64,000 nt of DNA from Chiloscyllium plagiosum. Its lineage: Eukaryota. Location: positions 12,784,409 to 12,848,408 of the forward strand of contig NC_057715.1 of NCBI RefSeq assembly GCF_004010195.1, given 5' to 3'. How positions within the stretch are numbered: position 1 is the stretch's first letter; each line of letters starts with the position of its first letter. The notes under the pieces were generated by a model. It ran no database searches and was not told where the DNA came from. It saw only the letters and a program-made list of their open reading frames with translations. Shown in pieces: positions 62,071 through 64,000 of this stretch. A program made the translations under genes and the position numbers.

Positions 62071-62738
62071 CAAACAATATCTTTTCATTAATAGTTATAG
62101 TTTGTTCAGTCAACCTGTCGGCGAGTTGAGCGGTTGTTATCGTTCCTGTCACAGGGGGGTGCTATGATTTCGTTCACTGCAAACTGAGTTCCTGACTAAG
62201 CCGACAGCTCTCCAGATACCTGCAGCATTAGTTCTCGGCTTTTTCCTGGCATTATATTCGCCGCAGGGATTGTGTTGTTCCCCTACTTTCTCATCTCGTG
62301 CACGTCTAAAAAGGTTAACCATTATTTGTCTGGTTAGGTTCCGCTGGTAGGTTATTGGACTATGATAAGCGTCATAAATGAAAATACCTTTGAGAATTTG
62401 TTTTCCCTATTTTGTGTGATGGAAACGGTTTTTTTTTGCAGATTTTACGTTTAACTAACATCAGTTATAGATTTCTCTTCCCATGCCTTGTACGGCGCAA
62501 AGATGAACATATTAGGGTTCAAACTGATCGAGCAGTCTTGGAACTTGGTATACAGAGACCACAGGACACTGGTCTCTGTATACAGCTCCTATACTGAGCC
62601 ACTGAACACCAGAAAATGGAGATCTACTTAGGATCTCTGTCCCTTTATATTGCTACATGATTGCTGGAGTCTCCGCAATGGTGACCCCATTCCAGCTTCC
62701 AGTGGATACAGCTAAATTATTTCCCCCCAACCCCCGAA

Positions 62739-63790
62739 ATAGAACATTATAGCGCAGTATAGACCCTTCGGCCCTCAATGTTGCGCCGACCTGTCATACC
62801 AATCTGAAGCCCATCTAACCTACACTAGTCCATGTTCGTCCATATGCTTGTCCAATAACGACTTAAATGTACTTAAAGTTGGCGAATCTTCTACCATTGC
62901 AGGCAAAGTATTCCATACCCTTACTGCTCTCTGAATAAAGAAACTACCTCTGACATCTGCCCTATATCTATCACCCCTCAGTTTAAAGCTATGCCCTCTC
63001 ATGCTTGCCGTCACCATACTTGGAAAAAGGCTCTCCCTGTCCACCCTATCTAACCCTCTGATTATCTTATATGTCTCTATTAAGTCACCTCTCAACCTTC
63101 TTCTCTCCAACGAAAACAGCCTCAAGTCCCTCAGCCTTTCCTCGTAAGACCTTCCCTCCATACCAGGCAACATCCTAGTAAATCTCCTCTGCACTCTTTC
63201 CAAAGCTTCCACGTCCTTCTTATAATNNNNNNNNNNNNNNNNNNNNNNNNNNNNNNNNNNNNNNNNNNNNNNNNNNNNNNNNNNNNNNNNNNNNNNNNNN
63301 NNNNNNNNNNNNNNNNNNNNNNNNNNNNNNNNNNNNNNNNNNNNNNNNNNNNNNNNNNNNNNNNNNNNNNNNNNNNNNNNNNNNNNNNNNNNNNNNNNNN
63401 NNNNNNNNNNNNNNNNNNNNNNNNNNNNNNNNNNNNNNNNNNNNNNNNNNNNNNNNNNNNNNNNNNNNNNNNNNNNNNNNNNNNNNNNNNNNNNNNNNNN
63501 NNNNNNNNNNNNNNNNNNNNNNNNNNNNNNNNNNNNNNNNNNNNNNNNNNNNNNNNNNNNNNNNNNNNNNNNNNNNNNNNNNNNNNNNNNNNNNNNCTTC
63601 TTAACAACCCTGTCAACCTGGGTCACAACTTTCAAGGATCTGTGTACCTAGACACCAAGATCTGTCTGCTCATCTACACTACCAAGAATCTTACCATTAG
63701 CCCAGTACTTTGCATTCCGGTTACTCCGACCAAAGTGAATCACCTCACACTTGTCTGCATTAAACTCCATTTGCCACCTCTCAGCCCGGC
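62739..63790 (-). mobile_element. Young HER1/CR1 3' fragment spanning a 370-N gap (63227-63596)
   Basis: YKKDVEALERVQRRFTRMLPGMEGRSYEERL..RGDLIETYKIIRGLD..; RWQMEFNADKCEVIHFG. Confidence 0.93.
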
Positions 63791-64000
63791 TCTGAAAGTA
63801 AGCTGGGACATTGTGTCCTTTCATCTCCCCGCAAACAAGACCTTTATAGGGGGACCTCAAAGAAGCTTGGGTTTCATCACATTGAGTCCTGAGAAAGTGA
63901 AGGGTTGATAGGGAGGCAATAATCATGGAAGGATTTATAAACAAAGATCAGAATTTTATAACCAAAAGGTTGCTTGATTGGTAACCAGTATAGGTCAATG

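Noticed and set aside
62820-63635. 271-aa and 161-aa ORFs
   Set aside because: Length inflated by the 370-N gap; real residues are CR1 ORF2

Overview
Repeat-dominated, AT-rich vertebrate genomic DNA, almost certainly from a shark or ray (HE1-type V-SINEs, HER1/CR1 LINEs, Deu-domain SINEs). No host protein-coding gene can be confidently called; nearly all ORFs in the track are fragments of decayed retroelements. Main contents: (1) a complete but degenerate 6.35-kb Gypsy LTR retrotransposon (25062-31413; 4-bp TSD, tRNA-Pro PBS, PPT) with the inverted PR-IN-RT-RH pol order of the Gmr1 clade and a SCAN-like gag capsid domain; (2) many short Penelope-like-element (PLE) derivatives from at least three sequence families carrying minimal hammerhead-ribozyme cores (CTGA[T/G]GA...GAAA..TH) with covarying stem II, several of them palindromic with long TSD-like repeats, one having copied 42 bp of neighbouring DNA into its hairpin loop; (3) L1, CR1/HER1, RTE, Rex1 and a second CR1/L2-group LINE family, often nested; (4) several SINE families; (5) a CpG-enriched unique region at about 36.9-38.8 kb (candidate promoter), CTCF-like motifs, candidate conserved non-coding elements and weak candidate exons. 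Boundaries of decayed repeats are approximate and were read by eye.
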